Assembly (NCBI GenBank): GCA_034722055.1
Contig: JAYENL010000314.1
Span: 32,001 to 96,000 of the forward strand
Source of the DNA: Armatimonadota bacterium
GTDB taxonomy: Bacteria > Armatimonadota > Zipacnadia > Zipacnadales > UBA5352
Length of the DNA stretch: 64,000 bases
Reading direction: 5' to 3'
Below the pieces are notes generated by a model. It did no database searches, was not told the origin of the DNA, and worked only from the letters and a program-made list of their open reading frames with translations. Every line of letters begins with the position of its first letter. Within the stretch, counting starts at the first letter, position 1. Of this stretch, positions 45,456 to 55,183 are shown piece after piece. A program made the position numbers and the translations under genes.

Positions 45456-46376
45456 ATGGCTTTCATGCCGGAGCAGGCTAGGTTCATCGATTTCAGGGAC
45501 GCGGCAGAGTGTGCGCGCGTTCGGGCCATCACCAAGGAGGAGATCACCGACCACCCCAATCCGGACTTCCAGATCAGTGTCGTTGAGGATGCGGCAGAGT
45601 TCTACGGCCGGTTCGCAACGGACATCGTGCTGCGTATCGTCCAGGCCCGAGACGAGGGCCGGGAGTGTGTGCTGATTCTGCCCGTGGGCCCGGTACCACA
45701 GTACGCCATCGCGGCGGAGATGATCAACCGGATGGGCATCGACTGCAGCCACCTGGTGACCTTCAACATGGATGAGTACGCCGACGAGGACGGCACCACC
45801 GCCCCGGCCGAGTGGGAGGGGTCCTTCGCCACCGCCATGTGGGGGAACCTCTTCGGCCGCATCGACGAGAGCCTGCGGCCCCCGGACGAGAACATCCACT
45901 TCCCCGACAGCGACAACATCGACGACTACTCGCAGATGATCGCCGACTACGGCGGCGCGGACTGCTGCTACGGGGGGATCGGGTGGTGCGGGCATATCGC
46001 CTTCTGGGAGTCGCACATGGGGCACCGGTACGACACCATGGAGGAGTACAAGGCCGCCCAGGCCCAGATTGTGGAGCTTCACCCCATGACCATCATGCAG
46101 AACGCCCTGCACAGCTTCGGCGGCGACTGGTCGTGGGTGCCGCCCAAGGCCGCGACCATCGCCCCAGCCGACATCATGGGCGCGAAGCACCGCAGCTTCT
46201 GGCTGGACGGGATGTGCGGGCCGGCCACGCCCATGAGCTGGCAGCGCTTCATCGCCCGGCTGGTGGCGCACGGGCCGGTCAGCAAGTTCATCCCCGGCTC
46301 CATCCTGCAGGAGGCCCGGACGGACTACACCATCCTCGGCGGGGTGGCCGACAACGTCGAGATCGAGATGGCGTAG
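45456..46376 (+). CDS. NagB (glucosamine-6-phosphate deaminase)-like protein, divergent
   Basis: LILPVGPVPQY, FNMDEY, GGIGWCGHIAFWE, VPPKAATI; AAGGAGG SD. Confidence 0.8.
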   Translation: MAFMPEQARFIDFRDAAECARVRAITKEEITDHPNPDFQISVVEDAAEFYGRFATDIVLRIVQARDEGRECVLILPVGPVPQYAIAAEMINRMGIDCSHLVTFNMDEYADEDGTTAPAEWEGSFATAMWGNLFGRIDESLRPPDENIHFPDSDNIDDYSQMIADYGGADCCYGGIGWCGHIAFWESHMGHRYDTMEEYKAAQAQIVELHPMTIMQNALHSFGGDWSWVPPKAATIAPADIMGAKHRSFWLDGMCGPATPMSWQRFIARLVAHGPVSKFIPGSILQEARTDYTILGGVADNVEIEMA

Positions 46377-46489
46377 CGGCCTTGCGATCGGCAGGATGGA
46401 CGATGCCTGGAAACCGTTGCATGGCTGTGCCTTCCGCGCATCTTGCGCGCCGCTTCCGAGCGACAACGGTCTCGATTGCTGTCGTTGCG

Positions 46490-46685
46490 TGGAGGGGCCG
46501 CCGCGAGCGAAGCGAGCGGTGGGAGGTCGGGAGCGTAGCGAGTGACCTCACAGGTTCCACCCCGGCCCATTTCGTTTGATTCCGCGAAGCGGCAGACGGC
46601 CGGGCCGGGGTGGAACCTTCGGCCCTTGCGGGCCTCACTCCTCGCGCCAACGCTTCGCATTGGACGCTCGCAGCGGCCCCTCCAT
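46490..46685. repeat. Inverted pair of the ~80-bp structured repeat (copies 3 and 4)
   Basis: TGGAGGGGCCGC...AGGTTCCACCCCGGCCC (46490-46568) and GGGCCGGGGTGGAACCT...GCGGCCCCTCCAT (46602-46685). Confidence 0.85.
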
Positions 46686-46788
46686 GCGCCACAGGCAACG
46701 ACCGTGCCTCTCGTAGACGCCCCAGCCTGAGGCAGCACTGGGGCGTACGTAGCGCAGGAGAGCTGTGGAGTTGTGCGTAGAGGCCAGG

Positions 46789-47922
46789 TCAGATGCGCGT
46801 ACCGGAATGCTTGATGAGGGTGAACTGCAGCGTGCTCTCCTCGGCGGCAGGCACCTCCAGGCGCATCACCACACGCCCCGCTTCGGTCACATACAGAGCC
46901 TGGGTCTCGAAGTCCCAGGTGTCCAGGACGGTCTCGACGACCTCGAGCTGCGCCCTCCGGTCCGTGTGATTGCTCACCCGCAGCTCGTAGCGCTCCACGG
47001 TGTCGAAGCCGCAGACGCGGCCGAGGCGGTCGAACTCCAGGCGCACCTTCGACCGCTCCAGCAGCCTGCGCTCGACCAGGATGTCGCGCTCGGCGCCCAG
47101 CGGCACCTCCATGGACTCCCCCGCGGCGTAGCTTAGCTCCCCCCGAACCAGCTCCCAGGTGGCCTCCTCGTCCTCGATGGCCACGCTCAAAGGCCCCTTG
47201 GGCAGCGCCTCGCGCTCGAGGCCCCCCGACTGCGGCGGCTCCACCACGAGGATGCGCTCGACCCGCTCGGGGGCTTGCTCGGAGTCGATGCGGTGCAGGA
47301 GCCGCGCGCGCAGGGACACGGGCGGGAGGAAGCCGGCGCGCACCGCAGTGCCCTGCGGCAGCGCGTCCACGCCCATGATGGGGAACGTCGGCTGCGCGGG
47401 CTCGCCGACGGCCATCCCCGGCCGCCCCAGCACGACCTCGGCCGTGATGGGGTCGAGCTTGACGCCGCTGCCGTTGGTGACCGTCACATAGCCCCGCAGC
47501 AGCGCCTCCTCGGCCCCGGGCGCCCACGTCATCCGGTAGCTGGGGCTCCAGGAGATGCCCTTGAGCAGGTAGCTCACCGTCACGGGGTACTCCCCGGCGT
47601 CGCGGGCCGTGACCGTCCATCGGAGGCTCTTGCCGCCCCCGGAGGGGCGGACGGTCTCGCCGAGGCTGAGGCCCTCGGCGGCGCGCAGCCTCACCGAGCC
47701 GGCGTCCAGGTTGTCGCTGGACCACGAGAAGGTCAGCACGCTCTCGCCCTCGCGCATCTGGGCGGTAACGTGCTGGCGGATGAGCGCATCGGAGGTCTCC
47801 GTGCAGAGCGCGACCTCCGAGGGCATGGGCGCGGCGACCTGATGCACCTCCGGCGCCGCCTCCGCCGTCGCCCACCCGATCACCGCGATCGCGGCCGTCA
47901 GTGCGTGCAGCCTTCTGATCAT
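46789..47922 (-). CDS. Exported DUF4139-like protein
   Basis: Signal peptide; VSYLLKGISWSPSY, GYVTVTNGSG, YELRVSN...LEVVE. Confidence 0.65.
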   Translation of the reverse strand: MIRRLHALTAAIAVIGWATAEAAPEVHQVAAPMPSEVALCTETSDALIRQHVTAQMREGESVLTFSWSSDNLDAGSVRLRAAEGLSLGETVRPSGGGKSLRWTVTARDAGEYPVTVSYLLKGISWSPSYRMTWAPGAEEALLRGYVTVTNGSGVKLDPITAEVVLGRPGMAVGEPAQPTFPIMGVDALPQGTAVRAGFLPPVSLRARLLHRIDSEQAPERVERILVVEPPQSGGLEREALPKGPLSVAIEDEEATWELVRGELSYAAGESMEVPLGAERDILVERRLLERSKVRLEFDRLGRVCGFDTVERYELRVSNHTDRRAQLEVVETVLDTWDFETQALYVTEAGRVVMRLEVPAAEESTLQFTLIKHSGTRI

Positions 47923-47935
47923 GGCCCCGCTCCTG

Positions 47936-50686
47936 TCATCGTACTGCGAACGAATCCGTGGCTGTGGCGCCGGCAACGCCCTCGACGCTGACCCGCACGG
48001 TGTGCTCTCCCTTGCCGATGGTCTCCTCACCGGCCCACTGCACCGTGACGGCCTCCCCGGCCGGCACCTGGACACTCTTCGCCGCCGGGAACCCCCTGGC
48101 CTCCAGCAAGGCGCAGTGTACCGTGGCCTCGACCGGCTCCTCGCAGCCCCAACTGCGGAGCGTGGCGCTGACCTTCCAGGGCTTGCCCCACTCTATGTCC
48201 GCTGCCGACACTTCGGTTACGACCACCGGCAGGCGAGGCCCCGGGAGGACCGCCACCTCAATCGGCAGGGCGGCGTGCGCGGGGACAGTGCCGCGCGCCG
48301 TGGCCTCGGCCCGCAGCATGGCGGGCCCCGGCCGCCGGCCCTCCGGGCGCCAGGTGAACTCGGCGTCCGCGCGCCCATGGGGACCGACGCTCACCCGGCG
48401 CCAACGCGGGATGACCGTTCCGGAGGGCGCCGCCACCGTCACCTCCACCTCGCGGGCCGTCCCCGCGGCGTTGGAGACCGCCAGGCGCAGGTTCAGGGCA
48501 TCCTCAGGGGCGACCGACGGCTCGTCAGTCACCAGCGTCAATTCGAGCTGTCGCGGCGAGCCCCAGCCGGCGGCCAGGCAGCGCCCCACGTCCGCGGTCC
48601 AGTCGTAGGTGCATCCCGTGGCCATGACATTGACGACCTGGAAGCCGGCGACGTCGGGCGCCACGCCCGGCGGACAGGCGAACTGGGCCCGCCCGTCCTC
48701 ATCCGTGGATGCCGAGGCCACCGCCTCGCCGTCGGCCCACCATCTGCCCGTCACGCGGGCGGTGTGCACCGGCGCGCCGCCGGCGTCGGTCACCCGCACT
48801 CGAGCCGCGGGGCGGCCGCTCGCCTCGCTGAGCGTGAGCTCAGCCACGTGGATGAGGCGATGGTGCTCGGGCTCCTGGACGAGCACGCGGCGGAGCTGGT
48901 GGCCGCGGTCGATGCGCCAAGCGTCGTCGAAGAAGCCGGCCTCCACGAAGTACGCCGCCTCATAGCAGGTCACCGGTGGCTTGTTGTTCACGTTCAGCAC
49001 AAACGGCAGCTCCGACTGATCGTTGTTGAACACGAGGTAGTCCGGATAGGCCCAGGGCAGCTTCTCCAGGTCGTAGCCCAGCAGTTGGGGCGAGCCCCCA
49101 TCGGGCTTCATGTACATGCGGCGGTTCGCGATCACGAGGTAGGTCGAGAAGTCGGTGAGGGGGTTCGGGTAGCACATCAGCGCCCCGAACTTCTCGCCGA
49201 GGTATCGCCGGTCTCCGTGCTGGGGATCGTGCACGATGACGCCGTCATCGCGCACCTCCACCGGGAAGGGATGTGCGGCGTGGGCGCGGCGCAGCAGGCG
49301 GCTGCTGTCGATGCTGCCGAAAAGCACGATGGTGTGGGAGGCCAGGTCGGCGGGGTCGATGCCGTCCTCCGGGACCGCCTCGACCGCCTCCGCGTGGACC
49401 ATGAAGCCGTTCCAGCTTTCGGCGAACTGCTCCGCCTCCAGCCGGTGGCGGGCGACCTCGTCGGCTCCTCCCGCGGTTGCCCAGGCCACCACGAAGGGCG
49501 ACAGGAAGGCGTGCCCCACCGGCCCGCAGAGGTCCGGATGCTTGCGCAGCGCGTTCATCCGCGGGCGGCGGTGCCATCCGATGACCATCCCGGCAGCGTC
49601 CACGTCGGCCTCCAGGCTGATGGTTCCGGGAAAGCCCTCGTAGCAGGGGAAGCCGTCGGCGTAGACGCGCACCCACCCCTCGGCGGCTGACGGACTCGCC
49701 GCCAGGTGCAGCGTAAAGGCCCTCAGGTTCTCGGTACGCACGGCCACGGCGTCGCCCTCGGCGTAGGCCTCGAGCTGGCCGGAGAGGCCGTCGATCAGCA
49801 GGTCCTCGATGCGGCCCCAGTAGAGCTGCGCGTGGGGGAGGACGGTGCTCTGGACGGTGAAGCCTGCCGGCCACCGGATGCGGCGGCGGCCCACGAAGAA
49901 GCCGTAGATGGCGCGGTAGTCGGTGCCGCCGCCGTGGCCGAGGGTCGGGTTGAAGATCAGCCTGTAGTCGTAGGCGCCCGGCTGCTTCGCCGACAGCTCC
50001 CAGAGCCGCTGGCGCAGGCGCAGGCCGTTCTCGGGAAGCACCGTGGTGTCGCTGCCATCGACGATGTGCCCGACCGCGCCCCACCTCCCTCGCTCAGCCC
50101 AGTACAGCGGGGAGGCCGCCTCCAGCAGCGGCCTGCGGAACTCCTCGATGAGGTCGCGATAGTCCGTGCGGGCGTACCAGTGGTGGTGCCAGAGGCGGAA
50201 GTCGGTCCAGCCATCCACGCCCATGACGGCCGCGAAGACGTCCGGATGCCGGAGCCCGTGCCGCAGGGCGCCGGTGCCGCCCATCGAGCCGCCGGTCATG
50301 TAGACGCGGTCGCGGTCGATGCCGAAGCGGGCCGCAGCGTCGTCCACCACGCGCAGCGTCTCCAGGTCGCCCACGCCCTCGTAGAAGTTCGGCCCGCGGG
50401 CGTTGAGATGGATCATCACCCAGCCGTGCTCGTCCGCCCACTGCCGCTGGAAGCCGGAGAAGCTGGTGCTCACGCGCCACCCGTACCCGTGGCCATGCAG
50501 CACCGCGGGGTAGCCCTGCTCCGAGGGCGGAGGCGAGCCCGGCAGGTAGACGCCGTAGGCCTGGATGGAGTCATCGAGGGGCGACCGGTACTCGACCAGC
50601 CGCGAGACGCCCTCGGCCGGGGCGCCGGCACACGCCAGGCAGCCCAGAAGGGCGGCGAAGCCGGTGGCGCGCAGTGACAGCATCAC
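47936..50686 (-). CDS. Exported alpha/beta hydrolase (prolyl oligopeptidase/esterase-like) with C-terminal Ig-like domains
   Basis: YRSPLDDSIQAY, HGHG, IDRDRVYMTGGSMGG (GxSxG), GSDTTV (Asp), LGHG (His); beta-rich C-terminus. Confidence 0.8.
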   Translation of the reverse strand: MMLSLRATGFAALLGCLACAGAPAEGVSRLVEYRSPLDDSIQAYGVYLPGSPPPSEQGYPAVLHGHGYGWRVSTSFSGFQRQWADEHGWVMIHLNARGPNFYEGVGDLETLRVVDDAAARFGIDRDRVYMTGGSMGGTGALRHGLRHPDVFAAVMGVDGWTDFRLWHHHWYARTDYRDLIEEFRRPLLEAASPLYWAERGRWGAVGHIVDGSDTTVLPENGLRLRQRLWELSAKQPGAYDYRLIFNPTLGHGGGTDYRAIYGFFVGRRRIRWPAGFTVQSTVLPHAQLYWGRIEDLLIDGLSGQLEAYAEGDAVAVRTENLRAFTLHLAASPSAAEGWVRVYADGFPCYEGFPGTISLEADVDAAGMVIGWHRRPRMNALRKHPDLCGPVGHAFLSPFVVAWATAGGADEVARHRLEAEQFAESWNGFMVHAEAVEAVPEDGIDPADLASHTIVLFGSIDSSRLLRRAHAAHPFPVEVRDDGVIVHDPQHGDRRYLGEKFGALMCYPNPLTDFSTYLVIANRRMYMKPDGGSPQLLGYDLEKLPWAYPDYLVFNNDQSELPFVLNVNNKPPVTCYEAAYFVEAGFFDDAWRIDRGHQLRRVLVQEPEHHRLIHVAELTLSEASGRPAARVRVTDAGGAPVHTARVTGRWWADGEAVASASTDEDGRAQFACPPGVAPDVAGFQVVNVMATGCTYDWTADVGRCLAAGWGSPRQLELTLVTDEPSVAPEDALNLRLAVSNAAGTAREVEVTVAAPSGTVIPRWRRVSVGPHGRADAEFTWRPEGRRPGPAMLRAEATARGTVPAHAALPIEVAVLPGPRLPVVVTEVSAADIEWGKPWKVSATLRSWGCEEPVEATVHCALLEARGFPAAKSVQVPAGEAVTVQWAGEETIGKGEHTVRVSVEGVAGATATDSFAVR

Positions 50687-50742
50687 GCCCCGGTGGCTCG
50701 CGCCTCGGGTTTCGCCGCGGCCTCTCGCGCTACCGACGGGGG

Positions 50743-52926
50743 TCAGTCCGAGGCCTCCTCGGCGTCCGCGAGGCTGAAGAGGATCTCCCGCAGCCTCCGC
50801 AGTGCCTGCTCCGCCGCGCCGGCATCAGTGTCCTCCGGCGCGCGCGCCGCGAATCGAGCGCCCACGTACTTCTCGGTGAGCACCGAGAGGTCCTGCGCCA
50901 CCGCCGGGCGTGCCGCCGTCACGTCCCGCGCGAACTCCCAGGGCGCATCCGACGGCTCCCGGGCCAGGCCCTCCCCCTCCAGCCACCGCAATGCCTGGCG
51001 GTAGGCGTGGAGGATACGCCCCTCAGCGGAGACCCCCGGTCGCAACGGCCGGATTCTCCACCGGTACCAGCGTCCCCCGACGCCCAGCGCGATCACGACC
51101 ACCACCAGGCCGATGCCCAGTGCCAGGAGGATGATCCTATGGGCGACCGCCCATGCGCCGGCGCTGCCCAGCACCTGGCGAATCTGCCAGGCGGCGCCCC
51201 CGGCCTCGCCCTCCTCCTCTTCCGGCTCCTCCGGCTCCGGCGTGGGGTCGAGGTCGATCCAGCCGGCGCGCGACAGGAAGACCTCCACCCAGGCATGGGC
51301 GTCCTGATCGCGGATCTCGTAGACCTGGCGCTGGGGACGGAACTCGCCGGACGTGAAGCCGGTTACCAGGCGAGTCGGCACGCTTAGGGTCCGGAGGAGG
51401 ACCGCGGCTGCGGAGGCGAAGTGATTGCAGTAGCCCGTCCGGCTCTCGAAGAGGAAGTGGTCCACGTAGTCCCTGCCCTCGGGCAGGGGCGGCGCCTCCA
51501 GGTCGTACTCGTACTCGGCCTTCACGTAGTTGGTGATGGCGAGTGCTATGCCGGTCGGGTCCTCCGCCCCGTCCTCCGCCACGATCCGCCGGGCGAGCCG
51601 GCGCACACGGTCGGGGAGGCCGTCCGGGAGCTGCAGGGCGTATTGCATGTCCACGGGTTTCGGAGGCTCGGCGCCGGGAGGCGCCATGACCGCCGCGGGT
51701 GAGGCGATAACCCCCCTGTACTTCTCGCCGAGCATGAAGTGGCCGGTGAACATGACCATGCCGGAGCGGTCGATGCGCATCGAGGGCACGTCTACCTCCA
51801 GGTAGCGGGGGCACCACGCCACCGGCAGCGTCCCCAGGAAGCCGTAGGCGCTGGTGACCTCTACGTCCAGCTCATCGATGACGGCCGGTGACAATCCCAT
51901 CTCCTCGACGGCCGGGAACTGGTAGCGACCGCCCGCCTCCGGCCGCAGACGCCGCCACTGGCGCTGGCTCTGCCGCCAGCGGTCGCCCTCGTAGATGTCG
52001 TAGGTGCCGGTGCGCATCCTCAGCGGGCCCTCGGCCTTCACGATCAGCATGAGGCGGTCGCGCGGCTCCGGAGCGGGGCCGCCCAGTTGCAGCGACCGCT
52101 CGGTCATGTGCGGCGGCGGCCCCTCGCGGATCATCAGCCGCGCCAGCCGCCAGGCGAGCTGCCGGCGCAGCCACCGACCAGCCAGGTTGGAGGGCTCCAG
52201 CCGGGCCGCGACCGAGGCCATGATGACCGCTGCGACCGCCGCGGCAAGCATCAGGGCCAGCCAGGAGTTGACCGTCGGCCGCCACCGTCCGCCTCGAATC
52301 CGATCCGACGCCACCCGAGCGTCAACCTCTTCGAGGCGCTCGGCGGCGTGCTCGCCGGCCAGCATCCCCAGGGTTCCGCCTATGACCACAACCGTCCCCG
52401 CTATGGCGGTCGTTGTGGGCACCGACAGGAGCACCAGCAGCAGCCCCGAGCAGGCCGGGAGCGCCGTCTGAGTGAGGTCCCGCGTGGAGCGCATGGCGAA
52501 GGCCCGGAAGGCCATCACCCAGTAGAAGGCCACCACCAGGAAGCGGTAGCTGAGCACCAGCCTGGAGACGCCGGACGCGCCGCTCAGCCAGCCCATCTTC
52601 AGGTGCACGATGCCCAGCGCAACCGCGGCGATGAAGGTAATCCAGTTGGGCCAGAAGCGGGGGAGACTCGAGAAGTGCAATCGCCACACGACCGGGAAGG
52701 CGGCCGTGATGATCACCGCCAGCTCCACAATGACGAGTACGTTGGCGACCAGGGCCGTGGCGGCCAGCAGCGCCCCGTACATGGTCAGCCACCCGGCGAG
52801 CATCAGAGCCAGCCAGCGCCGGCGCTCGGCCGGGGTCTCCGCCGGCGGCCTGTGCGGCACCGGAGTGAAGCGGTGGCGCTCCAGGAAGCCCCAGACGCGG
52901 CCCGAGAGGGAGGCGACCGAGGCCAT
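50743..52926 (-). CDS. Membrane transglutaminase-like protein (TgpA/DUF3488 + DUF4129)
   Basis: N-terminal TMs; FLFESRTGYCNHFAS, RLVTGF, DAHAWVEV, WIDLDPTP (Cys-His-Asp triad). Confidence 0.9.
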   Translation of the reverse strand: MASVASLSGRVWGFLERHRFTPVPHRPPAETPAERRRWLALMLAGWLTMYGALLAATALVANVLVIVELAVIITAAFPVVWRLHFSSLPRFWPNWITFIAAVALGIVHLKMGWLSGASGVSRLVLSYRFLVVAFYWVMAFRAFAMRSTRDLTQTALPACSGLLLVLLSVPTTTAIAGTVVVIGGTLGMLAGEHAAERLEEVDARVASDRIRGGRWRPTVNSWLALMLAAAVAAVIMASVAARLEPSNLAGRWLRRQLAWRLARLMIREGPPPHMTERSLQLGGPAPEPRDRLMLIVKAEGPLRMRTGTYDIYEGDRWRQSQRQWRRLRPEAGGRYQFPAVEEMGLSPAVIDELDVEVTSAYGFLGTLPVAWCPRYLEVDVPSMRIDRSGMVMFTGHFMLGEKYRGVIASPAAVMAPPGAEPPKPVDMQYALQLPDGLPDRVRRLARRIVAEDGAEDPTGIALAITNYVKAEYEYDLEAPPLPEGRDYVDHFLFESRTGYCNHFASAAAVLLRTLSVPTRLVTGFTSGEFRPQRQVYEIRDQDAHAWVEVFLSRAGWIDLDPTPEPEEPEEEEGEAGGAAWQIRQVLGSAGAWAVAHRIILLALGIGLVVVVIALGVGGRWYRWRIRPLRPGVSAEGRILHAYRQALRWLEGEGLAREPSDAPWEFARDVTAARPAVAQDLSVLTEKYVGARFAARAPEDTDAGAAEQALRRLREILFSLADAEEASD

Positions 52927-54179
52927 CAGAAGGCCCCCACGGCCGAGCGGCGCGCGGTGGCGGCAGCGGCGAGGGCCTCGGTAATGTCGGCGGGGGACCG
53001 GAGCACGGCCACCTGGATGCCGGCGGCCCTGGCGGACTCGACGGTCCGGCGGGGGATCACCGCGAAGCGTTCGGGAGCGCCCTCAAGATCGCCACGCACC
53101 ACCACCAGCGTCACGGAGCCGGCTGCGCCGGATCGGGCCGCGATGACCTCCACCAGCGGCTCCTCGACGGCGGTGGTGACGACGAAGACCGAGGCGCCGC
53201 GGGGCACGGAGCGGAGCTGTGACGCCAGCGACGCGGCGAACGCACCGTCCTCCACCAGCCGGGCCTCGGCCAGCGCCACCATGATGCGGTGAAGATGCGG
53301 CTGGCCGGACCCGGACCGGCTGACCGCCTGCGGCAGCCCCTCCCCGAAGACCGCCACCGACCGCTGCTCCGCGAGTCCGGCGCGGGCGATCGACGCCGCG
53401 GCGGAGATGGCTGTCTCCAGCGTGCTGACCGCGCCCTGGCCGTAGTGGTTGCCGGCCAGCAGGTCGAGGTGCACCGAGATGAGGTCGTGGCGGATGGGCT
53501 CGTACTCCTTCACTGCCAGCTCGCCCACGTGGGCGGTGACCTTCCAGTGCACATGGCGCAGGTCATCGCCGGGGGTGTGCTCCCGGATGCCGCGGAACTC
53601 GCCCTGGTCCCGGCGGGCGTCACGCCCGCGGAAGGCGTAGCGCCCGTAGCCGGCCTCCCAGGCCGCCACCGGCGGCAGGTCGTAGGTGCGGGGGAAGACC
53701 ACCAGCTCGTGGGCCTCGCCCCGCTCGCGGCGCTGCTCGAACATGCCGATGGGATCGGTGTCGATCAGGGCTGGAGGCCGGAGGCGGTACCGTCCGCGCA
53801 GTGGGGGGGCCAGCTCAAGCTCCAAGTCCAGTTCCGAGAGCGGTGGCATGGGTGGGAGGAGGAACCGGCGGCGGAGCGTGACGCCCTCCACCGTCAGGTT
53901 CTCCAGCGTCGCCTCCACGGCCGCGGAGCCGACGGTGATGCCGCCGACGGACCGCACGTGCAGCTCGGGCCTGATGGGAGCGCCGGCCACGGCATTGCGG
54001 CCCGGCGGCGACATCTGCACGCGCAGACGGGTCAGGGCGAGCTGCGACAGCAGAAAGGCGACGAGCATGACCGCACCGCAGACGCCCGCCAGCACGTACA
54101 TCACGCGGGCGTCATTCATGGCGCCGACGGCCCAGAGGACCACGGCGGCCAGGGCGAAGATGCGGAAGTTGCGGCTCAT
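52926..54179 (-). CDS. DUF58 domain protein
   Basis: RGRY, DPIGMF, LVVFP, EFRGIREHTPGDDLRHVHWKVTA, VKEYE. Confidence 0.9.
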   Translation of the reverse strand: MSRNFRIFALAAVVLWAVGAMNDARVMYVLAGVCGAVMLVAFLLSQLALTRLRVQMSPPGRNAVAGAPIRPELHVRSVGGITVGSAAVEATLENLTVEGVTLRRRFLLPPMPPLSELDLELELAPPLRGRYRLRPPALIDTDPIGMFEQRRERGEAHELVVFPRTYDLPPVAAWEAGYGRYAFRGRDARRDQGEFRGIREHTPGDDLRHVHWKVTAHVGELAVKEYEPIRHDLISVHLDLLAGNHYGQGAVSTLETAISAAASIARAGLAEQRSVAVFGEGLPQAVSRSGSGQPHLHRIMVALAEARLVEDGAFAASLASQLRSVPRGASVFVVTTAVEEPLVEVIAARSGAAGSVTLVVVRGDLEGAPERFAVIPRRTVESARAAGIQVAVLRSPADITEALAAAATARRSAVGAF

Positions 54180-54200
54180 GATCGACCCTCGCCTGACGGC

Positions 54201-55142
54201 TTACGATGGGACGGGAACGCTGTGCAGCAGCTCGTCCACGACCTGGGCGCCCGTCACGCCGCTGACGCGGGCCTCGGGGCGCGGGATGAGTCGGTGCGCC
54301 AGTGCCGCCCGAGCGATGCCCTTGACATCGTCCGGGCCTACGAAGTCCCGGGCCCCGACGGTCGCCACCGCCTGCGCGCAGCGCACCAGCGCCAGACTCC
54401 CCCGCGGCCCGGCGCCGAGGTAGAGCTGATCGGACTGCCGCGTCCTCTCGATGAGCTCCAGGACGTAGTCGTAGATCTCCTCCGAGACGTGGCAGCGGGC
54501 CGCCGTCTGCTGCACCGCCGCGACGTCCTCGGAGGCCGCCACCGGCTCCAGCTCCTCCACGGGGTGGCCCAGGAGCTGCTCCTGGACGATCTGCTTCTCC
54601 TCGTCCCGCTGGGGGTAGCCGATGGAGAAGCGCAGCAGGAAGCGGTCGAGCTGGGACTCGGGAAGCGGGTAGACGCCCTCGTACTCGATGGGGTTCTCGG
54701 TGGCGATGACCATGAAGGGCCGCTGCAGGGGGTGAGTGACGCCGTCCACGGTGACCTGCCGCTCCTCCATGGCCTCCAGGAGGCTCGACTGCGTGCGCGG
54801 CGAGGCCCGGTTGATCTCATCCGCCAGCACGATGTTGGCGAAGACCGGCCCCGGCCGGAAGACGAACTCGGCCTCCTTCTGGTCGAAGATGGAGACGCCG
54901 GTGACGTCGGTGGGCAGAAGGTCCGGGGTGAACTGAATGCGCCGGAACTGGCCCCCGATGGAGGCGGCCAGCGAGCGGGCCAGCATGGTCTTGCCCACGC
55001 CGGGAACGTCCTCAAGCAGCACGTGGCCGCGGGCGATCATGGCCACCAGCACGCGCTCAACGGCCTCGCGCTTGCCGATGATCACCCGCTCCACGTTGTC
55101 CGCGATGCGATTGCAGACGGCCGCGGCCTCATCGACCGTCAT
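54201..55142 (-). CDS. moxR: MoxR family AAA+ ATPase
   Basis: GHVLLEDVPGVGKT, RIQFTPDLLPTD, LADEINRASPRTQS, ATENPIE, PLPESQLDRF; alternative start 55157. Confidence 0.95.
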   Translation of the reverse strand: MTVDEAAAVCNRIADNVERVIIGKREAVERVLVAMIARGHVLLEDVPGVGKTMLARSLAASIGGQFRRIQFTPDLLPTDVTGVSIFDQKEAEFVFRPGPVFANIVLADEINRASPRTQSSLLEAMEERQVTVDGVTHPLQRPFMVIATENPIEYEGVYPLPESQLDRFLLRFSIGYPQRDEEKQIVQEQLLGHPVEELEPVAASEDVAAVQQTAARCHVSEEIYDYVLELIERTRQSDQLYLGAGPRGSLALVRCAQAVATVGARDFVGPDDVKGIARAALAHRLIPRPEARVSGVTGAQVVDELLHSVPVPS

Positions 55143-55183
55143 CGCCGTCCTCGGCATTCATCCCCACGCTCCAGTGTGCTGCG

